Positions 25,188-34,025 of a stretch of 55,144 bases of DNA are shown here, in pieces. The position numbers were made by a program, and so were the translations under genes. The notes under the pieces are model-generated. The model worked only from the letters and a program-made list of their open reading frames with translations. It had not been told where the DNA came from and made no database searches. The stretch is from Gemmatimonadales bacterium (GTDB lineage Bacteria > Gemmatimonadota > Gemmatimonadetes > Gemmatimonadales > GWC2-71-9): contig DATBBW010000053.1 of NCBI GenBank assembly GCA_036270795.1, positions 1 through 55,144 of the forward strand. Direction: 5' to 3'. Positions within the stretch are counted from its first letter, which is position 1; the number at the start of each line of letters is the position of its first letter.

Positions 25188-25766
25188 TTAGACGCCCGCG
25201 ACGATGAGGAGCAGGAGACGCTCCAGGACCCAGAGCGCGAGCAGGGCCACGAACGGGCTCCAGTCGATCGCCCCCATCGGCGGCAGCACGCGGCGGATCG
25301 GCTCGACGAGCCAGTCGGTGAGCGCGTAGGCGGGCCGTAGCCACCGCGCGTAGCGGAAGAACCCGAACCAGCTCGCAATCACGCGCAGCACCAGCGCGAG
25401 GAAGAGCACCGTGTAGGCGGCGCCGATGAGGAACGCGAGCACCGCCCGCGGCCCCCCGGCGAGCGCCCCCGCGAGATCGGCCCCGGTGCGGATCAGCCAG
25501 TCGAGCAGCGAGAGCAGCAGCACCCCCGTCGCCGCGACGCCCACCACGAGCCACCAGCCCGCGTGGACCGGATTGCCGCCCGCGCGCACCAGCCGCCGCT
25601 CGACGGGTCGCATCACCGGGTCGCTCGCGGCCCGCAGCGCCCGCGCGAGGGCCCCGAATGACGAGACGCGCCGTGTCCGCACCAACCACGACGCCAGCGC
25701 GACGAGGAGGCTCGCGACGAACGCTCCGAACACGAGATAACGGGCGAGGGCGGGAACGAGGGGCAT
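25188..25766 (-). CDS. yggT: YggT family membrane protein (two YGGT repeats)
   Basis: 192 aa with two copies of the hydrophobic-helix ... P(V/I)(M/R)RP.. pattern (DPVMRPVERRL and EPIRRVLPPMG). Confidence 0.8.
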   Translation of the reverse strand: MPLVPALARYLVFGAFVASLLVALASWLVRTRRVSSFGALARALRAASDPVMRPVERRLVRAGGNPVHAGWWLVVGVAATGVLLLSLLDWLIRTGADLAGALAGGPRAVLAFLIGAAYTVLFLALVLRVIASWFGFFRYARWLRPAYALTDWLVEPIRRVLPPMGAIDWSPFVALLALWVLERLLLLIVAGV

Positions 25767-25829
25767 GGCTTAAGTCTAGCGCGTGGCACGGGATCCTTCA
25801 GGGGCACGGGCGCCCCGGGGCACCGCGCA

Positions 25830-26738
25830 TCACTCGCCATGCCGCGGCGCGAACACGTCCACCCGGTCGGTTTGCGCGAACCCGGCCCGCGGGCCGCCGC
25901 CGATCACGTAGAGCCGCTCCCCGAGCGCGGCCGCGCCCAGGCCGTGGCGCGCCACGGGGAGCGCCGGGGCGGTCGTCCAGCGGTCGGTCGCGGGGTCGTA
26001 CACCTCGTGGTTCGCGAACACGCCATCGCGCGACTCCCCGCCGAGGGCGTGGATCCGCCCCGCCAGCACCGCGACGGCGAGCCCGCCGCGGCGGCTTGGC
26101 ATCGCGGTCCGCCTCGTCCAGCGGTCGGTGGCTGCGTCGTAGGCTTCGAGCACGGCAAAGTTGCGGTCGGGGTTGAACGGCCGTCCCCCGATCGCGTAGA
26201 AGATCCGGCCCACGGTGGTGCCGGCGAGATGATCGCGCGGCGTCGGGATCGGCGCCGCCGTGCGCCACCGGTTGGCGCGCGGGTCGTAGACGGCCGTCGC
26301 GGCGACGAGACGTCGCCCCTCGCCCCACCCGCCGGCCACGACGAGCTGCCCGTCCACCGCCCCGGCGGCCGCCGCGCCCCGCGGCGCGGGGAGCGGCGCC
26401 CGCGCCTCCCAGCGATTCGCATCCTCGCGATACAGCCACAGCGTGCGTTGCGGCACGAAGCGCGGCTCCGCCAGTCCACCCACGGCGTAGAGCGTGTCCC
26501 CGACGACCACGAGGGGCATGTGGTGACGCGGGGCCGGGAGGTCGGCGATCCGCTCCCACTGGTCGGTCGCCGGATCGTAGCGGAACCCCGTGGCCGTCGC
26601 CGCATCGGTGCCATCGATGCCGCCGGCGACGTAGATCCTGCCGTGCAGCGCGGCCGCCGCGAGCTCCTGCAGCGGCTCGGGCAGCGGCCGGGCGCGAGAC
26701 CAGTGGCCGTCGGCCTGGAGCAGCGCGGCGGCGGCCAC
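25830..26738 (-). CDS. Kelch-repeat beta-propeller protein (NanM/galactose-oxidase-like fold); the true start is probably further upstream
   Basis: Six repeats of the ..G(R/G)(I/L)Y(V/A)(A/I)GG.. W.. pattern. The same frame stays open upstream of the GTG at 26738 and there encodes RRRGRRPTLPLAVAAAALLQA, which looks like a signal peptide. Confidence 0.8.
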   Translation of the reverse strand: MAAAALLQADGHWSRARPLPEPLQELAAAALHGRIYVAGGIDGTDAATATGFRYDPATDQWERIADLPAPRHHMPLVVVGDTLYAVGGLAEPRFVPQRTLWLYREDANRWEARAPLPAPRGAAAAGAVDGQLVVAGGWGEGRRLVAATAVYDPRANRWRTAAPIPTPRDHLAGTTVGRIFYAIGGRPFNPDRNFAVLEAYDAATDRWTRRTAMPSRRGGLAVAVLAGRIHALGGESRDGVFANHEVYDPATDRWTTAPALPVARHGLGAAALGERLYVIGGGPRAGFAQTDRVDVFAPRHGE

Positions 26739-26843
26739 CGCGAGCGGGAGCGTGGGGCGCCGCCCGCGACGGCGGTGCGGGGCGATCGGGTGATCGCCGC
26801 TAGTGGCGCTACGGTGGCGGGAGAGCAGACGCCGGCCGCCCGG

Positions 26844-29800
26844 TCACGCGAACGCGGCGCGCACGATGCGCGCTTGCTCCGCCTGGTGGGCGGCGGGGTA
26901 GCCCTCCGCCGGGCTCGAGCGCTCCGGGCGCGCGATGGCCTGCAAGGTGATGCGCTCCGGCACGATCTCGCGCAGCTGCGGCAGCATGAACTTCTGCGGT
27001 CCCATGTTGCGCGGCTCCTCTTGCACCCACACGATCTCGCGCAGCTCGGGATAGCGACTCACGAGCTCGGTCAGTTCGGCGGCGGGGAAGGGGTACAGCA
27101 GTTCTACGCGACCGATCGCCGTCTCGGTCGCCGCGACCCGGGCCGGGGCGAACGCGAGGTCGTAGTAGACCTTGCCGCTGCAGAGAATCAGGCGGCGCAC
27201 CGCGTCGCGCCGCGCGACCGCGGCGTCGTCGAGCACCGGCTGGAACCGGCCGCCCGACAAGTCCTCCAGGCGCGAGGTCGCCTGCGGCAGCCGCAGCAGG
27301 CTCTTGGGCGTGAACACCACGAGCGGCCGCAACGCGGTGTGGCGGGCCTGGCGCCGCAGCAGATGAAAGTACTGGGCCGGTGTCGTGCAGTTCGCGATGC
27401 GAAAGTTGCCATCGGCGCCGAGCGCGAGGAAGCGCTCGATCCGGGCGCTCGAATGCTCGGGCCCCTGGCCCTCATAGCCGTGCGGCAGGAGCAGGGTGAG
27501 CCGCGACGTCTGCCCCCACTTCGCGAGCCCGGCGATGATGAACTGATCGATGATCACCTCGCCGCCGTTCGTGAAGTCGCCGTATTGTGCCTCCCACAGC
27601 ACCAGGGCCTCGGGTGCCACCGCCGCATAGCCGTACTCGAAGCCGAGACAGGCGAACTCGGAGAGCGGGCTGTTGTGGAGCTCGAACGGGGCCCGCGCTC
27701 CGGGGAGGTGCTGGATCGGCGCGTAGCGCTGCCCGTTCGCGATGTCGTGGAGCACGAGGTGGCGCTGGCTGAACGTGCCCCGCTCGGTGTCCTGGCCGGT
27801 GAGCCGCAGCGGCGCCCCCTCGACGAGTAGGGAGGCGAACGCCAGCGCCTCCGCGTGGGCCCACTCGATCGCGCCCTCGGTGAGGGCCGCACGGCGGCGC
27901 TCGAGCTGCCGCTTGAGCTTGGGGTGGACGCTGACGCTCGCAGGAATGTCGAGCAGCTGCTCGTTCAGGGTCGTGAGCAGCTGGGCGGCCACCGCCGTGT
28001 CGGGCTCCGCGACCACCTGGGGCGTGGCCGAAATCCGCTGCGGCTCTTCGCCCGTCCCTGTGGCCGAGAGGTGCGCCTTGAGCGACTGCGCGATCCCCGC
28101 CAGCCGCTGCGCCAGCTGCGCGGCCTCGGCGTCGGCCGCCGCCGCGGCGAGCACGCCCGTCCGCCCGAGCTGCTCGGCGTACTTCTGGCGCACCGTCGGC
28201 AGCTGCTTGATGCGCTCGTACATCAGCGGCTGGGTGTAGGCCGGCTCGTCTCCCTCGTTGTGGCCGTGGCGCCGGTAGCCGACGACGTCGATCACCACGT
28301 CGGCGTGGAACTGCTCCCGGTAGCGCATCGCGAGCCGCGCCGCGGCGAGACAGGCTTCGGGATCGTCCGCGTTCACGTGGATGATCGGCACGTCGAAGCC
28401 CTTCGCGAGGTCGCTCGAGTAGTCGGTCGAGCGACCCTCCTTGGGGTCGGTCGTGAAGCCGAGCTGGTTGTTCGCGATCAGATGGATGGTGCCGCCCGTG
28501 GTATAGCCCTTGAGGCGGGCGAGGTTGAAGGTCTCCGCTACCACCCCCTGTGCCGCGAACGAGGCGTCGCCGTGGATCAACACCGGCAGGGCGACGGTGC
28601 CGTCGTGGATCGGCTCCTTGCCGCGGCGGTTGGTCTGGTTGGCCCGCGCCCGGCCCTCGACCACGGGGTTCACGGCTTCGAGATGGCTCGGGTTGGGCGC
28701 GAGCGCGATGGCGACCGGCTTCCCGGCGGCGGTCTGATACACGCCGTCCGCGCCGTGGTGGTACTTCACGTCGCCGGTCCCGCCCTCGGGCGTGAGCGTC
28801 TCTTCCACGGGCCGCCCGCCCTCGAACTCCGCGAAGATCGTCTCGTAGGGGAGCCCGACGATGTGGGCGAGCACGTTGAGGCGGCCGCGGTGAGCCATCC
28901 CCAGCACCACGCGGCGCGCCCCGCTCGCGCCGGCGAGCTCGATCGTCTGGTCGAGCATCGGGACGAGGACGTCCAGCCCTTCGATCGAGAAGCGCTTCTG
29001 GCCGAGGTAAGCCCGGTGCAGGAAACGCTCGAGCCCCTCCACCGCGGTGAGACGGGACAAGAGGCGGCGCTGCTCGTCCGCGGTGAGCGGGGTGCGGTGC
29101 TCGCCGGATTCGATCAACTGCCGCAGCCACAGGCGCTCCTGATGGCTCCCGATGTGCTCCACCTCATAGGCGATCGTGCCGCAGTACGTCTCCAGGAGCC
29201 GCGGGTACGCGTCCGCCAGCGTGCGGCCGGGGACATAAACGCGGAGTACCGCGGCGGGGACCTGGGCCATGATCTCGGGCGTGAGCCCGAGCGGACCGGG
29301 GTCGAGCGCGGGATCGCCCGGCGGCGTTGAGCCGAGCGGGTCGAGCCGCGCCGCCAGGTGGCCGAAGTTGCGGATCGCCCGCACCAGCGCCATCGCGGCG
29401 GCCACGTGCTTGAGTTCGTCGGGCGCCGCGCCCTGGGCCCCGGGCGCGGGGCGTCCGGGGGCCGCCGGCCCGGCCGGGCGGCGTTCCGGCGCCCCCGGGG
29501 CGCTGACGACGAGCCCCAGACCGTCGCGCACCCGTTCATAGAACGCGTCGTCGCCCTGGAGCAGCTGGTCGAGGCGACGGAGGAAGATCCCCGACTCCGC
29601 GCCCTGGATGATGCGGTGGTCGTACGTGCTCGTGATCGTCATGATCTTCGCGGGTCCCATCGGGCGGATCGCGCCGGTCGCGATGATCGAGCCTTGGCCC
29701 CGCATGAGGCGGGGCACGGAGGCCACGGTGCCGAGCGTGCCGGGGTTCGTGAGCGTGATCGTCGCGCCGGCAAAGTCATCGGGGAGGAGCCGCTGGCTGC

Positions 29801-30470
29801 GCGCCTGCGCGACCAGCGCCTCGTACGTCGCATGAAAGGTGGCGAAGTCCATGGCCTCGGCGTGCTTCAGCACCGGCACGAGCAGCACCCGGCTGCCGTC
29901 CTTTTTCTCCACGTCGACCGCAAGCCCGAGGTTCACGCCCTGGGGATCGTAGCGGTACGGCTTCCCGTCCACGTCCTGGAGCGCGTGCGTCATTACGGGG
30001 AGCTCCCGCGCCGCGCGCACGATCGCAAACCCGATCAGGTGGGTATAGGAAATCTTCTGGCCGCTCGCCGCGAGCTGCGCGTTCAATTCGGCGCGGCGCG
30101 CGTCCAACACGTCGACCGCGATCTCCCGAAACGACGTGGCGGTCGGGACCGCGAGCGACTCGGTCATGTTCTGCACGAGGCGGGCCGCCGGGCCGACGAG
30201 CGGCGTCAGGCCTGCGGCGGGCGGTCTGGTGGGGGCCAGCGGGGCCAGCGGGGCGCGGGGCGCGAGGGCGCCCGCGCGCTCGGGCGCCGCGCCCGTCGCG
30301 TCCGCCAGCACCTCGGCACGGCTCGTCGGGATCACGGGCAGCTCCGCGAGCCGCCCGTTGTCGAACAGCTGCCGCCACTCCTCACCCACCGACGCCGGGT
30401 CGCGCAGGTACTGCTCGTACATCACCTGGACGAAGGCGGCATTATGGGTGCCGAACACGAACGCGCTCAC
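26844..30470 (-). CDS. kgd: Kgd/OdhA-type multifunctional 2-oxoglutarate dehydrogenase: E1o (ThDP) fused to an E2o-like succinyltransferase catalytic domain, with no lipoyl domain
   Basis: 1208 aa with a GTG start. The N-terminal 2-oxoglutarate-dehydrogenase motif is MSAFVFGTHNAAFVQVMYEQYLRDP. An acyltransferase domain with the catalytic TSTYDHRIIQGAESG motif follows. Then comes the full E1o body (..RFSIEGLD.., GMAHRGRLNVL, ..GDVKYH.., HGDASFAAQGVV). Confidence 0.95.
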   Translation of the reverse strand: MSAFVFGTHNAAFVQVMYEQYLRDPASVGEEWRQLFDNGRLAELPVIPTSRAEVLADATGAAPERAGALAPRAPLAPLAPTRPPAAGLTPLVGPAARLVQNMTESLAVPTATSFREIAVDVLDARRAELNAQLAASGQKISYTHLIGFAIVRAARELPVMTHALQDVDGKPYRYDPQGVNLGLAVDVEKKDGSRVLLVPVLKHAEAMDFATFHATYEALVAQARSQRLLPDDFAGATITLTNPGTLGTVASVPRLMRGQGSIIATGAIRPMGPAKIMTITSTYDHRIIQGAESGIFLRRLDQLLQGDDAFYERVRDGLGLVVSAPGAPERRPAGPAAPGRPAPGAQGAAPDELKHVAAAMALVRAIRNFGHLAARLDPLGSTPPGDPALDPGPLGLTPEIMAQVPAAVLRVYVPGRTLADAYPRLLETYCGTIAYEVEHIGSHQERLWLRQLIESGEHRTPLTADEQRRLLSRLTAVEGLERFLHRAYLGQKRFSIEGLDVLVPMLDQTIELAGASGARRVVLGMAHRGRLNVLAHIVGLPYETIFAEFEGGRPVEETLTPEGGTGDVKYHHGADGVYQTAAGKPVAIALAPNPSHLEAVNPVVEGRARANQTNRRGKEPIHDGTVALPVLIHGDASFAAQGVVAETFNLARLKGYTTGGTIHLIANNQLGFTTDPKEGRSTDYSSDLAKGFDVPIIHVNADDPEACLAAARLAMRYREQFHADVVIDVVGYRRHGHNEGDEPAYTQPLMYERIKQLPTVRQKYAEQLGRTGVLAAAAADAEAAQLAQRLAGIAQSLKAHLSATGTGEEPQRISATPQVVAEPDTAVAAQLLTTLNEQLLDIPASVSVHPKLKRQLERRRAALTEGAIEWAHAEALAFASLLVEGAPLRLTGQDTERGTFSQRHLVLHDIANGQRYAPIQHLPGARAPFELHNSPLSEFACLGFEYGYAAVAPEALVLWEAQYGDFTNGGEVIIDQFIIAGLAKWGQTSRLTLLLPHGYEGQGPEHSSARIERFLALGADGNFRIANCTTPAQYFHLLRRQARHTALRPLVVFTPKSLLRLPQATSRLEDLSGGRFQPVLDDAAVARRDAVRRLILCSGKVYYDLAFAPARVAATETAIGRVELLYPFPAAELTELVSRYPELREIVWVQEEPRNMGPQKFMLPQLREIVPERITLQAIARPERSSPAEGYPAAHQAEQARIVRAAFA

Positions 30471-30531
30471 GCTTCCAATTTAACCCCTCGGCGCCGCATA
30501 TTCCCCGCCTCCCGAGCCCGAGGGTTGTGCC

Positions 30532-31428
30532 GTGACGGTGCGTGGGGTCCTGTCCGTGGTGTTGCTCGCGAGCGCGAGCCGGCCAGCGTCGGGCCAGGAC
30601 CGGGCGGGCCTGGCGGCCCGTTTGGCCGAGCGCATCGCCCGGGCGCCCGCCCGCGCGGTGGGGCTCTACTACCGCTCCCTCGTGCGCCCCGATTCGGTGC
30701 TCATCGGGGCGAACCTGCGGTTCCACGCCGCGAGCACCATGAAGCTCCCGGTCATGATCCAGATCTTCCGCGACGCCGACGCCGGGCGGCTCGCGCTCGA
30801 CGACTCGCTCGCGGTGCACGCGAGTTTCCCGTCGCTCGTCGACAGCACGCCGTTCGCCGTCGATAAGGCGGACGACTCCGACAGCACGCTGTACCTGCGG
30901 GTGGGGGGCCGGGCGGCGATCCGCGACCTGCTCGAGCTGATGATCACGCGCTCCTCGAATCTGGCGACGAACATCCTGATCGACCGGGTGGGCGCCGGGC
31001 GCGCCCAGGCGACCGCCCGCGCGCTGGGCGCGTGGTCGATCGCGGTGCTGCGCGGGGTGGAGGACGGGAAGGCCTACCAAGCGGGGCTCAACAACACCAC
31101 GACGGCGCGCGACCTCGGCGTGTTGCTGCGGGCGATCGCCGAACGCCGCGCCGCGAGTCCGGCGTCCTGCGCGGCGATGCTCGCGATCCTGGCGCGGCAG
31201 GAATTCAACGAGGGGATTCCCGTCGGGCTGCCGTCGGGCACGCGCGTCGCGCATAAGACGGGGTGGATCGGGCAGGTGGTCTACCACGACGCCGCGATCG
31301 TGTCGCCGTCCGCCGGCCAGCGGGACTACGTGCTCGTCGTCCTCACGGGCGGGATCCAGGAGGACACCGTCGCCCATAACCTCGTCGCCGACTTGTCACG
31401 GATCGTGTATCCGGTGGCCGCGCGCTAG
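30532..31428 (+). CDS. Class A beta-lactamase-like serine hydrolase, secreted
   Basis: GTG start and a signal-like N-terminus. Contains S-x-x-K (ASTMK), an SDN-position motif SSN (TRSSNLATN) and a KTG motif (HKTGW). The omega-loop ExxLN is not canonical. Confidence 0.7.
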   Translation: MTVRGVLSVVLLASASRPASGQDRAGLAARLAERIARAPARAVGLYYRSLVRPDSVLIGANLRFHAASTMKLPVMIQIFRDADAGRLALDDSLAVHASFPSLVDSTPFAVDKADDSDSTLYLRVGGRAAIRDLLELMITRSSNLATNILIDRVGAGRAQATARALGAWSIAVLRGVEDGKAYQAGLNNTTTARDLGVLLRAIAERRAASPASCAAMLAILARQEFNEGIPVGLPSGTRVAHKTGWIGQVVYHDAAIVSPSAGQRDYVLVVLTGGIQEDTVAHNLVADLSRIVYPVAAR

Positions 31429-31458
31429 CCGCGCGAACCGGGCGCCGCGCGGACAGCG

Positions 31459-32757
31459 CTAGGACACGCGGCGGGTCTTGCGGCGCATGAAATCCATCAG
31501 AATGAACTGCCCCAGCGTCATCGTGTTGGTGAAATAGGCCTTGCCGCGACAGATCGCCGAGACCTTCTTCACGAACTCGACCAGGCTGCGGTCGCGCGCG
31601 AGCATGAACGTGTTGATCAGGATCCCCGAGCGCCGGCACAGCGCGACTTCGCGGTAGGTGGCCTGGAGGATCTGCGGGTCGAGCCCCATCGAGTTCACGT
31701 AGATGCGGCCGTCGGGGAGCGTGAGCGCCGACGGCTTCCCGTCGGTGATCATGATGATCTGGCGCATGTCTTTGCGCTGCGACAACAGCATCCGACGCGA
31801 CAGCTTGAGCCCCTCCGCCGTGTTGGTGTGGTACGGCCCGACCTGGGCGCGCGCCAGCTGCGCCAGGGGGATCTCCTCGGCGGTGTCGTGGAACAGCACC
31901 ACGCGCAGCGTGTCGCCAGGGAACTGGGTGCGAATCAGATGCGTGAGCGCGAGCGCCACCTTCTTCGCCGGGGTGAAGCGGTCCTCGCCGTACAGGATCA
32001 TCGAGTGCGAGCAGTCGAGCATCAGCACGGTGGCCGAGGACGAACGGTACTCGGCCTGGTGGACCATCAGGTCGCCGTACTCGAGGTTGATGGGGACGCC
32101 GAGCCCCTCGCGCTGGAGGGCGTTCGTGAGCGTCGCGTTGACGTCGAGATTGAGCGTGTCGCCGTACTCGTACGGCTTGCTCACGGCCTCGGCCTCGATC
32201 CCCGTGGCGAGATGCTCGGTGTCGTGGGCGCCGAAACTCGACTTGCCAATCGAGCCGAGGAGGTGCTTGAGCGTGCGGTAGCCGAGGAAGTCGATGCCCT
32301 TCTCGGTGAGGTTGAACTGCACTTGCTGGGCGGCCTCCGTGGCCATCCCCGCGGGGCCGAACAGGGGCTGCTGGCCCGACGGCAGTTTCGGTGCCTCGGT
32401 GACGTTGAGGTAGCCCTCGGCCATCAGCTTCTGGACGATCTTGTCGAGCAGCTCCGCGAGCTGTCGCTCGAGGTCTGCGTCGCGCTCCGCGTCGCCCGTT
32501 GACTCCCCCCGCAACAGCTTGAGCATCTCCGGCGTGAGCTGGCCCGAGTCCATCAGTGCTTGGAGGATGGCCTGGCGCAGGGCGTCGAGCGAGCGATCGG
32601 CGTCGTCTTCGCCGAACTCGCCCCAGAAGGGATGCGAGTACGCGCCTCCGGCGAAGCCCGACTGCAGCAGAAAGTCGGCGAGCTGGTCGAGCAGGGCCTG
32701 GAGGTTGATCGTGTCGGCCAGCTCGGGGAGGTAGCGGCTGTACGTCGTGTATTTCAT
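31459..32757 (-). CDS. VWA domain protein (CoxE-like), MIDAS motif intact
   Basis: Trimmed to the ATG at 32757 (MKYTTYSRYLPEL). The C-terminal VWA domain has DCSHSM (DxSxS), ..HTNT.. and IMITDGKPS. Confidence 0.85.
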   Translation of the reverse strand: MKYTTYSRYLPELADTINLQALLDQLADFLLQSGFAGGAYSHPFWGEFGEDDADRSLDALRQAILQALMDSGQLTPEMLKLLRGESTGDAERDADLERQLAELLDKIVQKLMAEGYLNVTEAPKLPSGQQPLFGPAGMATEAAQQVQFNLTEKGIDFLGYRTLKHLLGSIGKSSFGAHDTEHLATGIEAEAVSKPYEYGDTLNLDVNATLTNALQREGLGVPINLEYGDLMVHQAEYRSSSATVLMLDCSHSMILYGEDRFTPAKKVALALTHLIRTQFPGDTLRVVLFHDTAEEIPLAQLARAQVGPYHTNTAEGLKLSRRMLLSQRKDMRQIIMITDGKPSALTLPDGRIYVNSMGLDPQILQATYREVALCRRSGILINTFMLARDRSLVEFVKKVSAICRGKAYFTNTMTLGQFILMDFMRRKTRRVS

Positions 32758-32801
32758 TGGCTCCCTACCCGAAATATCGGGCGCGGGCGAGCTTTCCCGC
32801 A

Positions 32802-34025
32802 ATGGACGAAGCCGCGCGCGGGTTCCGCTTCGGGGCCCTCGCCCATCGCAACTTCCGGTTGTTCTTCCTCGGGCAAGGCGTGTCGCTCATCGGCACCTGG
32901 ATGCAGAACATCGCCCAGGGCTGGCTGGTGTTGCAGCTCACGAACTCGCCGTTCTACGTCGGCCTGGTCGCGGCGCTCGGCTCGCTCGGCGTGCTGCTGT
33001 TGACGATCTATGCGGGGATCGTCGCGGACCGGACCAACAAGCACCGCCTCGTGGTCATCACGCAGACGCTCTCCATGCTGCCGGCGTTCGCGCTCGCCGC
33101 GCTCGTGTTGACTCACCGGGTGGCCGTGTGGCACGTCGCCGTGCTCGCCGCGTTTCTCGGCCTCGTGAACGCGTTCGACATCCCGGCCCGGCAGGCGTTC
33201 ATCGTCGAGCTGGTGGGGAAGGACGACCTCTTGAACGCGATCGCTCTGAACTCGTCGGCGTTCAACGCCGCGCGGGTGGTCGGCCCGGCCGTGGCCGGCG
33301 TCCTGATCGGCCTCTGGGGCGTGGGCGTGTGCTTCTTGCTGAACGGCGTGAGCTACCTCGCGGTGATCGCGGCGCTGCTCGCGATGCGGCTGCCCGGCGA
33401 GGGGCCGGCGCCGCCGCCCACCTCGGCGTGGGCCGGCCTGCGCGAGGTCGTCACCTTCCTCCGCAACGACCCGCGGGTCGCGGCCGTGGTGGTGCTGATG
33501 GCGGTGTTCAGCGTGTGCGGCTTCCCGTTCCTCGTCCTGATGCCCGTGTTCGCGCGCGACGTGCTGCACCAGGGCGCGGCGGGCTACGGCGCGTTGATGA
33601 CGGCCGTCGGGGTCGGCGCCCTGGCGGGGGCGTTAGGCGTCGCCCTGCTCGACCGGCGCATCCGCAAGGGACCGACGCTGCTCGCGGCGGGCGTCGGCTT
33701 CGCCGTGCTGCTCGTCGCGTTCGCGTTGTCGACCCGGTTTCTCCTCTCCCTGGCGCTGCTCGCGCTCGTGGGCGGCGCGATGATCGTCAACAACGCGCTC
33801 GCCAATGCGACGCTCCAGACGGCCGTGCCCGACCGGCTGCGCGGGCGGGTGATGGGGTTCTTCGCGTTCGTGTTCGTGGGCCTGGCGCCGCTCGGATCCT
33901 TCCAGGTGGGCGCGCTGGCCGAGCGGATCGGGCCGGCCTACGCGGTGGCGCTCGGCGGGGGGGTCACCGCGCTCGCGGTCGCGCTCGCGGCGTGGCGGGT
34001 GCCGGCGCTGCGGCGCACGGTCTAA
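32802..34025 (+). CDS. MFS transporter (MFS_3 / EntS-like family)
   Basis: Trimmed to the ATG at 32802 (MDEAARGFRFGALAHRNFRLFFLGQGVSLIGTWM). Has 12 hydrophobic segments. Its stop overlaps the convergent cytidylate-kinase-like stop. Confidence 0.85.
   Translation: MDEAARGFRFGALAHRNFRLFFLGQGVSLIGTWMQNIAQGWLVLQLTNSPFYVGLVAALGSLGVLLLTIYAGIVADRTNKHRLVVITQTLSMLPAFALAALVLTHRVAVWHVAVLAAFLGLVNAFDIPARQAFIVELVGKDDLLNAIALNSSAFNAARVVGPAVAGVLIGLWGVGVCFLLNGVSYLAVIAALLAMRLPGEGPAPPPTSAWAGLREVVTFLRNDPRVAAVVVLMAVFSVCGFPFLVLMPVFARDVLHQGAAGYGALMTAVGVGALAGALGVALLDRRIRKGPTLLAAGVGFAVLLVAFALSTRFLLSLALLALVGGAMIVNNALANATLQTAVPDRLRGRVMGFFAFVFVGLAPLGSFQVGALAERIGPAYAVALGGGVTALAVALAAWRVPALRRTV

Noticed and set aside
24763-25689. 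308-aa minus-strand ORF spanning the yggT/yggU region.
   Set aside because: Its translation is Arg/Gly-rich nonsense except for the last 50 codons. The region is better explained by YggT (25188..25766) and YggU (24912..25187) in other frames, plus the 50-aa terminal peptide.
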